Source: Bacillota bacterium
Lineage (GTDB): Bacteria; Bacillota; Clostridia; Christensenellales; Aristaeellaceae
Assembly: GCA_023411375.1 (NCBI GenBank)
Contig: JAEYOW010000050.1
Location: 27,464 to 91,463, forward strand
Length of the DNA: 64,000 nt
Direction: 5' to 3'
Under the pieces are notes generated by a model, which was not told the origin of the DNA, made no database searches, and was given only the letters and a program-made list of their open reading frames with translations. The translations under genes and the position numbers were made by a program. Shown one piece after another: positions 45,627 through 54,769 of this stretch; positions within the stretch are counted from its first letter, which is position 1, and the number at the start of each line of letters is the position of its first letter.

Positions 45627-47305
45627 CGGATGATCAGAGGCGCGGAGCCAGTGGAAACAGGCCTGAGAAGAAGAATGGCGCCAAACAACCCGCGCGCACT
45701 GGCTACGCGCGTCCCGCAGGCGGAGCAAAGCCGGGGGAGAAGCGCTACGGGCGGCCCGCGGGCGCAAGCGGAGAAAAGCCGGTTTACGGTGAGGGCGGCA
45801 AGCCCGCGCGCACTGGCTACGCGCGTCCTGCGGGTGGGGCAAAGCCGGGGGAGAAGCGCTACGGGCGGCCGTCGGGTACGGCTGGAATGCGCCCGGCGCA
45901 GGGTAAAGGCGGTTTCGCCCGCCCGGTGGTCAAAGCGGTGCAGAGAGAGCCGGAGGAAAGCACAGGCCTGAGCATGAATGCGCGCCGCGTAGCGCTCGAC
46001 GTGCTGTGCGACGTCCATCAGAAGGGCGCGTTTGCGGGCCTGAGCCTTGACGAACATCTTCGCGCCGCGCGCCTCAGCCCGGAGGACCGGCGTTTGGTGA
46101 CGAGCATCGTCTACGGTACGCTGGAAAACGAAATTCGAATTGACTTTGCCCTGGACAGGCTGATGGATCATCCCACGCACGAACCCGTTCAACGCGATAT
46201 CCTGCGTATGAGCGCGTATCAAATTTTGTTTTTGGACCGCGTGCCGGACAGCGCCGCCGTCAACGAGGGCGTCAAGCTGGTCAAGGCTATGGGCATGGAG
46301 GCGGCATCCGGTTTTATCAACGCTGTGCTGCGCAATCTCACCCGGGGCAAGGCGGAGATGGAATGGCCCCAACGGGAGGACGGCCTGCGGGAATACCTCA
46401 ACGTGATGGGCAGCATGCCCCTGTGGATTGTGGACAGGCTGACCGAAGCCTATGGCGGGGAAGAGGCCGAGCGCGTGGTGATGTACCGCGAAAATGAGCA
46501 TCCTGTCGTGATGCGGCCTAACCTTACCCGTCTGGATGACGCGGCGTTTGAGGCCATGTTGCAAAAGAAGGAATGGCGGTTTGAGCGCGGCCTTGCTCCG
46601 CATTCGTTTTTGGTTTACGGCGCTTCCGAAATCACGTTTGACAAGGACTATCAGAGCGGACTGTTCTCCATTCAGGGTCAGAGCAGCATGCTCGCGGCCG
46701 AGGCCGTACAGGCAAAGCCCGGCATGAAGGTACTGGACGCCTGCGCCGCCCCGGGCGGAAAATCCGCCTACCTGTGCGAGAGCATGCAGATGACGGGGCG
46801 CGTGTTCGCATGGGAGCTGCATGAAAAGCGCGCTTTGCTGCTGGAGGGGGTTAAGCGCCGCCTGAGGCTGGAAAACCTGCGCATTTCCGTCAGGGACGCC
46901 TCAGAGCACCGTCCGGATATGGACGGCACGCTGGACGCCGTCCTGCTGGACGCGCCATGCAGCGGGCTGGGCGTGATGGTACAAAAGCCGGATGTGAAAC
47001 TGCGCGTGAAGGAAGAGGATGTTCAGGCCATTGTTCAGGCGCAGAAGAAGCTGCTTTCCGTCCTCTGCCGCTACGTAAAGCCGGGCGGTACGCTGGTGTA
47101 CAGCACCTGCTCCATCCTGCCGGAGGAAAACGCGGAGCAGGTCGAGGCGTTTTTGGAAGGGCATCCGGAATTCAGCGTGGAGCCGCTGCCGCTTTCATTC
47201 CCAGAGGCGCTCAGGCGCGAGCAGTCGTCGTTTGGCTTGCAACTGCTGGGCTGCCGCGACGGGGTGGAGGGTTTCTTCATCGCCCGCATGCGGAGGAAAC
47301 GTTGA
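45623..47305 (+). CDS. rsmB: 16S rRNA (cytosine967-C5)-methyltransferase RsmB with a ~117-aa basic Gly/Pro/Arg/Lys-rich N-terminal extension (alternative start at ~45974, MNARRVALDVL...)
   Basis: NusB-like N-domain followed by the SAM-MTase motifs ...VLDACAAPGGKS... and ...DAPCSGLGV...STCS. The ATG at 45623 overlaps the fmt stop (ATGA). The extension ORF is open and in frame and carries two 22-aa repeats. Confidence 0.8.
   Translation: MTDDQRRGASGNRPEKKNGAKQPARTGYARPAGGAKPGEKRYGRPAGASGEKPVYGEGGKPARTGYARPAGGAKPGEKRYGRPSGTAGMRPAQGKGGFARPVVKAVQREPEESTGLSMNARRVALDVLCDVHQKGAFAGLSLDEHLRAARLSPEDRRLVTSIVYGTLENEIRIDFALDRLMDHPTHEPVQRDILRMSAYQILFLDRVPDSAAVNEGVKLVKAMGMEAASGFINAVLRNLTRGKAEMEWPQREDGLREYLNVMGSMPLWIVDRLTEAYGGEEAERVVMYRENEHPVVMRPNLTRLDDAAFEAMLQKKEWRFERGLAPHSFLVYGASEITFDKDYQSGLFSIQGQSSMLAAEAVQAKPGMKVLDACAAPGGKSAYLCESMQMTGRVFAWELHEKRALLLEGVKRRLRLENLRISVRDASEHRPDMDGTLDAVLLDAPCSGLGVMVQKPDVKLRVKEEDVQAIVQAQKKLLSVLCRYVKPGGTLVYSTCSILPEENAEQVEAFLEGHPEFSVEPLPLSFPEALRREQSSFGLQLLGCRDGVEGFFIARMRRKR
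45689..45870 (+). repeat. Two ~68-bp near-identical direct repeats (period 114 bp) within the rsmB 5' region
   Basis: CCCGCGCGCACTGGCTACGCGCGTCC(C/T)GC(A/G)GG(C/T)GG(A/G)GCAAAGCCGGGGGAGAAGCGCTACGGGCGGCC at 45689-45756 and 45803-45870, encoding ARTGYARPAGGAKPGEKRYGRP twice. Confidence 0.8.
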
Positions 47306-48348
47306 TGGCGGAAAAGCGCGTTTTGCTCGACCTGACGCTCGATGAGCTGAAGGCCTATCTGGCGGAGCTGGGCCAGCCCGCCTTCCGCGCGGGGCAGGTA
47401 TTTCAATGGCTTCACAAAGGCGCCGCCTTTGCGCAGATGCAAAACATTCCCAAGGAGCTTCGCTCAGCGCTTGAGGAAAAATGTTATGATCTGCCCATGT
47501 CGCTTCATCGGACGTTTCCGTCGCAGAAGGACGAGACGGTCAAGTTTCTATTCGCATGCCATGATCAAAACCTGATCGAGGGCGTTCTGATGCGCTACCA
47601 TTATGGTTATTCGCTTTGTATCTCCACCCAGGTGGGGTGCAAGATGGGTTGCGCCTTTTGCGCCAGCACGCTGAGCGGTTGCGTTCGCAACCTGAGCGCG
47701 GGCGAGATGCTTTCGCAGGTGCTGCTGGCCAACCGCTATCTGGACGGCAGCGGGAAGGTTGGGCATATTGTGCTGATGGGTAGCGGGGAGCCGATGGACA
47801 ACTACGAAAACACAGTCCGATTTCTTCGCCTCGTCAACGATCCGAATGGCCTGAATTTAAGTTTGCGTAACATATCCGTGAGCACCTGCGGACTCGTCCC
47901 GCAGATTCGCCGGCTTGCGGAGGAAGGGCTGGCGGTTACGCTGAGCATTTCATTGCATGCGCCAAACGATGAAATCAGGCGGCAGATCATGCCCGTTGCG
48001 CACACATGGCCCATATTGGAACTGATGGGCGCGGTTAGGGAATATGTGGAAAAAACGGGCCGCCGCGTGGTGTTTGAATATGCTCTTATCGATAAGTTCA
48101 ACAGCGCGCCCGCACAGGCGAAGGAGCTTGCGCGGCTGGTACGCGGGCTGCAATGCCACGTTAACCTGATTCCCCTGAACCATGTGGACGAGCGAAGCCT
48201 CGCGCCTGCCGCGCCGGAGGCGGTCAGGACGTTTCTTCGCACGCTGGAAGAGCAGCACGTATCGGCTACCGTGCGCCGGGAGATGGGGACGGACATCGGC
48301 GGCGCGTGCGGTCAACTGCGAAGAAGGCACTTGCAATCGGAGGCATAA
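47305..48348 (+). CDS. rlmN: Radical-SAM 23S rRNA (adenine2503-C2)-methyltransferase RlmN
   Basis: CxxxCxxC motif CKMGCAFCAS. ATG at 47305 overlaps the rsmB stop (TGATG). Confidence 0.95.
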   Translation: MAEKRVLLDLTLDELKAYLAELGQPAFRAGQVFQWLHKGAAFAQMQNIPKELRSALEEKCYDLPMSLHRTFPSQKDETVKFLFACHDQNLIEGVLMRYHYGYSLCISTQVGCKMGCAFCASTLSGCVRNLSAGEMLSQVLLANRYLDGSGKVGHIVLMGSGEPMDNYENTVRFLRLVNDPNGLNLSLRNISVSTCGLVPQIRRLAEEGLAVTLSISLHAPNDEIRRQIMPVAHTWPILELMGAVREYVEKTGRRVVFEYALIDKFNSAPAQAKELARLVRGLQCHVNLIPLNHVDERSLAPAAPEAVRTFLRTLEEQHVSATVRREMGTDIGGACGQLRRRHLQSEA

Positions 48349-48423
48349 CTTGCTACCATAGCAGGAACGGTGGAAATTGCGGACAGCCGCGCTTTTCAAG
48401 CGCGCTGTGAGAGGGAGGGTACC

Positions 48424-49134
48424 ATGCGGGTCTGGCAAAAGACACATCAGGGCTTGGTGCGGGCCAGTAATCAGGACAGCCTGCTTGTGGACGAGCACGT
48501 CTACGGCGTGGCGGACGGTATGGGCGGCCATAAGGGCGGCGAGACTGCCAGCCGCGTGGCTGTTCAGGTGCTGAAAAACGCTCTGCATGGCAAGAAGCCG
48601 GAGGAGCATGCGCTCCGCGTGGGTATCGAGGCGGCAAATCGCCGCGTTTTTGATATGGCCCGGCACGACGGCAACTTGAGCGGCATGGGCACCACCGTTA
48701 CGCTGCTTTGGGAGGACGCCGGACAAGTGCTGATTGGGCACGTGGGAGACAGCCGCGCCTACCGGCTGCGTCAACACCGGCTGGAGCAGATTACGGAGGA
48801 CCACAGCATTGTGGCCGAGCTGATGCGCAATAATGTCATCACCCCTGAAATGGCGAAAAACCATCCCTACAAAAACGTCATTACCCGGGCTGTGGGCATC
48901 GACCCGGCGGTGGTGCCCGATGTGTTTTGCTCGGACAAGCGCGCGGGCGATCTCTGGCTTGTGTGTTCCGACGGCCTTTACAACATGGTCGGCGACGAGG
49001 CGATAGCCGAAGCGTTGGACGTGCTTTCACAGGAGGCGGCCGCAGACCGGCTGCTTGAGCTTGCGCTGGACCATGGCGGAACGGATAATATAAGCTTCGT
49101 TATCTGCCGCGTCACGGAGGTGGCCGCGCAATGA
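48424..49134 (+). CDS. PP2C-family Ser/Thr phosphatase (Stp/PrpC)
   Basis: ...NQDSLLVDEHVYGVADGMGGHKGGETAS... metal-binding Asp motifs. GAGGGAGGG lies before the ATG at 48424. Confidence 0.9.
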   Translation: MRVWQKTHQGLVRASNQDSLLVDEHVYGVADGMGGHKGGETASRVAVQVLKNALHGKKPEEHALRVGIEAANRRVFDMARHDGNLSGMGTTVTLLWEDAGQVLIGHVGDSRAYRLRQHRLEQITEDHSIVAELMRNNVITPEMAKNHPYKNVITRAVGIDPAVVPDVFCSDKRAGDLWLVCSDGLYNMVGDEAIAEALDVLSQEAAADRLLELALDHGGTDNISFVICRVTEVAAQ

Positions 49135-51068
49135 TGAAGGGCATGGTTTTTGCCGAGCGTTATAAATTGGAGGATTTTATTGGACAGGGCGGCATGTCGC
49201 TTGTGTACCGCGCGGTGGATATCCGCACGGGCCACAGCGTGGCGGTCAAGATTTTAAAAAGCGAATACAACAGCGACAAGGAGTTTCTCGAGCGTTTTCA
49301 GCGCGAGGCGCAGGCTGCGAGCCTGATGTCGCACCACAATATCGTGAATCTGCTGGATGTGGGCGTTGAGGGCGACTACCGCTATCTGGTGCTGGAATAT
49401 GTAAGCGGCAACACGCTCAAGGATATTATCCGTCAGCGCGGAAGGCTCAACACGGGCACCGCCATACAGATTACCATCCGCATTTTAAGCGCGCTTCAGC
49501 ATGCGCACGACAATGGCATTATCCACCGCGACATCAAGCCGCAGAATGTGCTCGTGCATTCGGACGGACATGTGAAGGTGGCGGATTTCGGCATCGCGCG
49601 CATGACCAACGCCTTTACCATTAGCAAGGGGGACACGGTGGTCGGATCCGTGCACTATTCCAGTCCCGAGCAGGCCACCGGCAGCGTGGTGGAGGCAACG
49701 AGCGATATTTACTCCACGGGCGTCGTAATGTATGAGATGCTCACGGGACGGGTACCGTTTGTAGGCGACACGCCCGTTTCCGTCGCCATGCAGCATATTC
49801 AGGACGCGCCGCCGCCCATTACCGACTTCGCGCCGGAAGCCCCGCCCGCCGTGGTGGCGGTGGTGATGAAGGCGCTTGAGAAGAACCCGAAAAACCGCTT
49901 TCAGAACGCCCGGGAAATGGCGGACGCGCTGATGCGGGCAAAGGAAGGCAAGCTTGATCCCGCGCTGATTGCCCCGACGATGCCGCCGGTACAGAATTCC
50001 GGAAGGACGCAAAACGTACAGCAGTCCGTCAGGCGCGTGCGTGAGCTAAGCCCGCGCCCAGCCGCTCAGGGCTCGGGCAGGCGGCCCGCGCCGGGACAGA
50101 CGTCGCGCCACGCGCCCGTGCGCAGGAAAGGCAGCAGCAAGGCGGCGCAGATCGCGCTTTCTACCGTTGCGGTGGCCGGTGTGCTGACGCTTTTGGTGCT
50201 GGGCGTGATAAACGTTTACAACCAAATCGCAAACAGCGCCATCGCGCCGGACATCGTGGGCCTGAACGTGACGGACGCTATGGCGCTGGCCCGGCGGGAA
50301 GGACTTAACTGGCAGCAGACCGATATTAATCACGAGAGCCTGCCAGAGGGCACCGTGATCTCACAGATTCCCGAAGCGGATACGCAGATGGAAAAGGGCG
50401 ACAGCCTGCTGGTAACGGTCAGTTTGGGGCCGGTAAACGCAACCATGCCAAACGTGACGGGACGGAGCTATGAGGAGGCGGCCACGCGGCTTAAGGAGCG
50501 CAACCTTGGAGGCATTGTGGTGATCAAGACCACCTCTACGGAGGCGGTGGGAACGGTGCTGGCGCAAAGCCCGCAGGCGGGGCAAAGCTATACGGTTGGG
50601 CAGAATGTGGAGCTGACGATTTCCGGCGGCAGCACCATGGTGCCCGAGGTGACGGGCATGACGCAGGAGAAGGCGACCTCCGTCCTTCACGAAAACAGCC
50701 TGACCGTTGGGGAGCCCGTCTATGTCGAGGTAACGGACGAGTCGCAGGTGGGTCTGGTGATGGCGCAGAGCCCGGCGGGGGGGACGATGGCCGTGCTGGA
50801 CGCGCCGGTTACCCTGACCGTGGCGGTCGCGAGCGAGCGCTATCAGGGTGAGATAAGCATTAATCCACCCCAGAGCGATAAGGACAGGACGCTGCGTGTT
50901 ACGCTCATGGAAAACGGCCAGGAAGTTGTCAAGTACGAGGGAACCATCGCGGCGGGCACGAACACCGCGATGCTGATTCCGGTATCATCCGACGAGGGCG
51001 GCGAGCTAACGTGCCGGATTTATCTGGACGGCGAGCTGTTCGCGGAAGAAACGGCGACGTTGCAATAG
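49131..51068 (+). CDS. prkC: Ser/Thr protein kinase with extracellular PASTA repeats (PrkC/Stk1-like)
   Basis: Kinase subdomains ...VAVKIL..., HRDIKPQN and DFGIA, then a TM helix and three ~65-aa PASTA-like repeats. The start overlaps the phosphatase stop. Confidence 0.9.
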   Translation: MMKGMVFAERYKLEDFIGQGGMSLVYRAVDIRTGHSVAVKILKSEYNSDKEFLERFQREAQAASLMSHHNIVNLLDVGVEGDYRYLVLEYVSGNTLKDIIRQRGRLNTGTAIQITIRILSALQHAHDNGIIHRDIKPQNVLVHSDGHVKVADFGIARMTNAFTISKGDTVVGSVHYSSPEQATGSVVEATSDIYSTGVVMYEMLTGRVPFVGDTPVSVAMQHIQDAPPPITDFAPEAPPAVVAVVMKALEKNPKNRFQNAREMADALMRAKEGKLDPALIAPTMPPVQNSGRTQNVQQSVRRVRELSPRPAAQGSGRRPAPGQTSRHAPVRRKGSSKAAQIALSTVAVAGVLTLLVLGVINVYNQIANSAIAPDIVGLNVTDAMALARREGLNWQQTDINHESLPEGTVISQIPEADTQMEKGDSLLVTVSLGPVNATMPNVTGRSYEEAATRLKERNLGGIVVIKTTSTEAVGTVLAQSPQAGQSYTVGQNVELTISGGSTMVPEVTGMTQEKATSVLHENSLTVGEPVYVEVTDESQVGLVMAQSPAGGTMAVLDAPVTLTVAVASERYQGEISINPPQSDKDRTLRVTLMENGQEVVKYEGTIAAGTNTAMLIPVSSDEGGELTCRIYLDGELFAEETATLQ

Positions 51069-51089
51069 CGATTGGGAGGGAATGAGAGG

Positions 51090-51983
51090 TTGACGGAAAC
51101 AGCCGTTCGCGAGGGCGTGATTGTAAAGGGCGTCGGCGGCTTGTACTACGCGCGCGGCGGGGACGAGACCGTCCATGTGCTGCGTGCAAAGGGCAAGTTT
51201 CGAAAGCAGCGTGTGACGCCGATGGTGGGCGACCGTATCCTGTATACGCCCGACCATGGCGACGAGCATGGCTGGGTGGAGGAAATCCTGCCGAGAGAGA
51301 GCGAGCTTATCAGGCCGCCGGTGGCCAACATCCGGTATATCCTGTTGGTGCTGGCCCCGCAGCCCGCGCCGGATTACCTGCTTTTGGATACGCTGCTGGT
51401 GATGGTGGCCCGGCAGGGGATTGCGCCCGCGCTGGTGGTGAACAAATGCGACCTTGACGATGGGCTGATCGACGAGGTGCGGCGCGAGTATGCGCACCTG
51501 GGCGCGCCCATTTTGGCGGTGAGCGCACGGACAGGGCAGGGGATTGACGACCTGCGGGAGCTGATCCGGCAAGGAATCTGCTGCTTTGCGGGACAGTCGG
51601 GCGTGGGAAAAAGCACCCTTGTCGGCGCGGCGACCGGGCTGCGGCTTGAAACGGGTGAAATCAGCAGAAAGATCGGCCGCGGGCGGCATACCACGCGCCA
51701 CGCGGAGCTTTTGTACAGCGGAGATTACCGCGTGCTGGACACGCCGGGTTTCAGCCTGCTGGAGCTGTGGGAGGGCCTGGAACCCATAAAGCTAAAGGAG
51801 TACTATCCAGAGTTCGCGCGGTATGAGGGACAATGTAAGTTTTCACCCTGTTACCATCTGAGCGAGCCGGGCTGCGCGGTGCTTGCCGCCGCAAAGAAAG
51901 GCGAGCTTGGCGCTGAACGGCTGGAACGTTATCACCTGCTGCTTAAAAAGGCGCAGGAGGCTTGGAGGAACCGATATGATTAA
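51090..51983 (+). CDS. rsgA: Ribosome small-subunit-dependent GTPase A
   Basis: TTG start at 51090 with GGGAGGG 8 nt upstream. Circularly permuted GTPase motifs ...VNKCDL..., GQSGVGKSTL and a C-terminal Zn-binding CxxxH. Confidence 0.85.
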   Translation: MTETAVREGVIVKGVGGLYYARGGDETVHVLRAKGKFRKQRVTPMVGDRILYTPDHGDEHGWVEEILPRESELIRPPVANIRYILLVLAPQPAPDYLLLDTLLVMVARQGIAPALVVNKCDLDDGLIDEVRREYAHLGAPILAVSARTGQGIDDLRELIRQGICCFAGQSGVGKSTLVGAATGLRLETGEISRKIGRGRHTTRHAELLYSGDYRVLDTPGFSLLELWEGLEPIKLKEYYPEFARYEGQCKFSPCYHLSEPGCAVLAAAKKGELGAERLERYHLLLKKAQEAWRNRYD

Positions 51984-52608
51984 GCTTTCACCCTCGATAT
52001 TGGCAGCTGATCCGCTTTACCTGGGCGACGCGGCGCGCCTTGTGGAGGCCGCTGGCTGCGACGAGCTGCACTTTGATGTGATGGATGGGCATTTTGTGCC
52101 TAACCTGAGCTTTGGGCCGCACATTCTTAAGGCCATGAAGCGCGAGGTGGAGATCGTTTACGACGTACACCTGATGATTTCAAACCCCGCCGCGTTTGTG
52201 GACGGCTTTATTGACGCGGGCGCGGATATCCTGACTGTGCACGCTGAGGCGGACGGCCTTTTGGAGTGCTTGGAGAGAATTCGCGGGCGTGGCGTTCAGG
52301 CGGGCGTGTCGCTGAAACCCGCGACCGGCGTGGAAGCGCTGCGCCCATGCCTTCACCGCCTGGATCGGGTGCTGCTGATGACCGTGGAGCCTGGCTTTGG
52401 CGGGCAGAAGCTAATGCCGGAGGTGTTACATAAGGCGCGGGAGCTCCGCGCGCTCGGTTTTGCGGGCGATATCGAGGCGGACGGCGGTATCGGCGTTGAA
52501 AACGCGCCACTGCTGACAAAGGCGGGCGTCAATGTGCTTGTGATGGGAACGGCGTTTTTCCGCGCGGACGATCCCGCGCTGGTCGCGCGCCGCGTGCATG
52601 GGCTGTAA
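51976..52608 (+). CDS. rpe: Ribulose-phosphate 3-epimerase
   Basis: MIKLSPSILAADPLYLG...HFDVMDGHFVPN.... GGAGGAA lies before the ATG at 51976. Confidence 0.95.
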   Translation: MIKLSPSILAADPLYLGDAARLVEAAGCDELHFDVMDGHFVPNLSFGPHILKAMKREVEIVYDVHLMISNPAAFVDGFIDAGADILTVHAEADGLLECLERIRGRGVQAGVSLKPATGVEALRPCLHRLDRVLLMTVEPGFGGQKLMPEVLHKARELRALGFAGDIEADGGIGVENAPLLTKAGVNVLVMGTAFFRADDPALVARRVHGL

Positions 52609-52921
52609 GGCGCTTCGGGCATGCTAACAGGGATGGCGGGTTATACCCGCCAATCCCGAAAAAAGGAGGCCATGCCAGTGAGCAAACAAATAAAAGAGGA
52701 GAAGCGCGCGCTATTTACCCTGACCAAACAAAAAAAACGCATGGGGCGTGCGCCCGTCAAGCACTGACAGGCGTTGGCCTGCCGGAAGGGGACCGGAGGG
52801 CGGCGCCCTCCGGTCGCAAACCGAAAACGGCGGTATATGCGGCAATTTCGAAAGCGCTGTGCAACTCCTTATAGGGGCTTCCCGGCCGCGTTTCGTAGAA
52901 AATGAAGATTGGACTGAAGAT

Positions 52922-54517
52922 ATGCATTTTAACAATTTAAACCTGATTGAACCCTTGCTGAGCGCCGTGACCGAATGCGGCTATGATGAACCCACGCCCA
53001 TTCAGCGCGAAACCATTCCGCCCGTTTTGGCGGGACGCGACGTGTTGGGCTGCGCGCAGACGGGAACAGGCAAGACGGCGGCGTTCGCGTTGCCTATTTT
53101 GCAGCGCTTGCATACCGAGCGTAAGCAGCACACGGGCAAGCGCACCATCCGTACACTGATTTTGACCCCAACGCGCGAGCTTGCCTTGCAGATTTACGAG
53201 AACTTCGCCAGTTATGGAAAGCGCCTGCCGTTACGCGCCTGCGTCATTTTTGGCGGCGTGGGCCAGCAACCGCAGGTGGACCAGTTAAATCGTGGAGTGG
53301 ATATTCTGGTTGCTACGCCCGGCAGGCTTAACGACCTGATCGGACAGGGATTTATTTCTCTTTCGCATCTGGAGATCTTTGTGCTGGACGAGGCGGACCG
53401 CATGCTGGATATGGGCTTTATCCACGATGTGCGCAAGGTGATCGCCCTTCTGCCTGAAAAGCGGCAGACGCTTTTGTTTTCCGCGACCATGCCGGCGGAG
53501 GTGGAAAAGCTTGCGCTGGGCATCCTTACCAAGCCCGTCACAGTGAAGGTAGATCCTGTGTCCAGCACGGTGGACGCGATCGAACAAAGCCTTTACCTGG
53601 TGGATAAGGCGAACAAGAAGAACCTGCTGGCCGAGCTTTTGCGCGGGCCGGAGGTGGAAAGCGCGCTGGTGTTTACCCGCACTAAGCATGGCGCGGACCG
53701 GGTTGTGCGCGAGCTGTCGCGCGCGGGTATCCAGAGCAAGGCCATTCATGGCGACAAGAGCCAGAGCGCCCGCCAACAGGCGCTGATGGAGTTCAAGAGC
53801 GGCAAGATTCATGTAATGGTGGCGACGGATATCGCCGCCCGCGGCATTGATATCGCCGGGCTGTCCCATGTGTTCAACTACGACCTGCCAAACGAGCCGG
53901 AGGCCTATGTTCACCGCATCGGCAGAACGGGACGCGCCGGCATGGAGGGCAGTGCCGTCAGCTTTTGTTGCATAGACGAGATGAAGGAGCTTTCCGCGAT
54001 TGAAAAGCTGATTGGAAGGGCGCTGCCGCGCAGGGAAAGCGCCTGGCCCATGGAGGTTTTTACAGAAACGGTCAAGCAGCCACGCCAGCCAAGGCCTTCG
54101 CGGCGTGTGGAAACGGTCCAGCCGGAGCGCGGCGTTCGACAGTCCGCGCCAGGGCGCGACCTAAGGGGGAAGCCCGCCCCCGCCCAGCCCGAAAGGCAGC
54201 TTGCCAGGAAGCAGATTGACGAGCGGCGAAGAGCCGCAAAGCCAAGTGGGCGGTCGCAGGAAAAGCACGAGCCGCAGGAACGTGGCGCCGAGGCGCGGCA
54301 GGCGCAAATGACGAAGGCAACGCCGCTGGAGCGTCCGGTGCGTGCAACCCCACTTCGAGCTGCTTCAAACCACGCGGACGGCGGCAGATTTTCCAGAACG
54401 GAGGAACGTCCGCAGGCACGGGAAAGCGCCTATGTGCGCGAGCCGATGCCAGAACCGATGGTTCCACAGCGCCGCGCGCCTAAAAGGCCGTTGGCCACGG
54501 GGCAGGACAGGCGGTAA
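52922..54517 (+). CDS. DEAD-box ATP-dependent RNA helicase with a basic C-terminal tail
   Basis: Motifs Q, I (AQTGTGKT), II (DEAD), III (SAT) and VI ([10 protein letters not shown]); R/Q/P-rich C-terminal extension. Confidence 0.9.
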   Translation: MHFNNLNLIEPLLSAVTECGYDEPTPIQRETIPPVLAGRDVLGCAQTGTGKTAAFALPILQRLHTERKQHTGKRTIRTLILTPTRELALQIYENFASYGKRLPLRACVIFGGVGQQPQVDQLNRGVDILVATPGRLNDLIGQGFISLSHLEIFVLDEADRMLDMGFIHDVRKVIALLPEKRQTLLFSATMPAEVEKLALGILTKPVTVKVDPVSSTVDAIEQSLYLVDKANKKNLLAELLRGPEVESALVFTRTKHGADRVVRELSRAGIQSKAIHGDKSQSARQQALMEFKSGKIHVMVATDIAARGIDIAGLSHVFNYDLPNEPEAYVHRIGRTGRAGMEGSAVSFCCIDEMKELSAIEKLIGRALPRRESAWPMEVFTETVKQPRQPRPSRRVETVQPERGVRQSAPGRDLRGKPAPAQPERQLARKQIDERRRAAKPSGRSQEKHEPQERGAEARQAQMTKATPLERPVRATPLRAASNHADGGRFSRTEERPQARESAYVREPMPEPMVPQRRAPKRPLATGQDRR

Positions 54518-54769
54518 CGGCCGCCTGCTCCAGACTGCCAAAAACGGCTGAAATAGCCGCGTGCTTCCGACTGTTAGGCCGCAAAGTGTGCGATTGTCGG
54601 GAAGCGTTTAACCTTACGCTTTTATCAAATGATCCATTGGGTCGGCGCTTACCTCCGGCGTATATGCCGAAGGCGCGGAGGAAAAGCTGTTTCGGAGGAT
54701 GCTTTGAGCGGGTGGCGGATTGCCGCCCGCTCAAAATAAAACCGTATAAGAACAAAAGGAGTACGCAAA

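Noticed and set aside
52630-52657. Hairpin right after rpe considered as a terminator (likewise the GAGCGGGTGGCGG/CCGCCCGCTC hairpin at 54699-54726 after the helicase gene)
   Set aside because: Both stems are followed by A-runs rather than U-runs on the + strand, and are preceded rather than followed by U on the - strand. Neither orientation gives a canonical intrinsic terminator. Kept only as leader structure.
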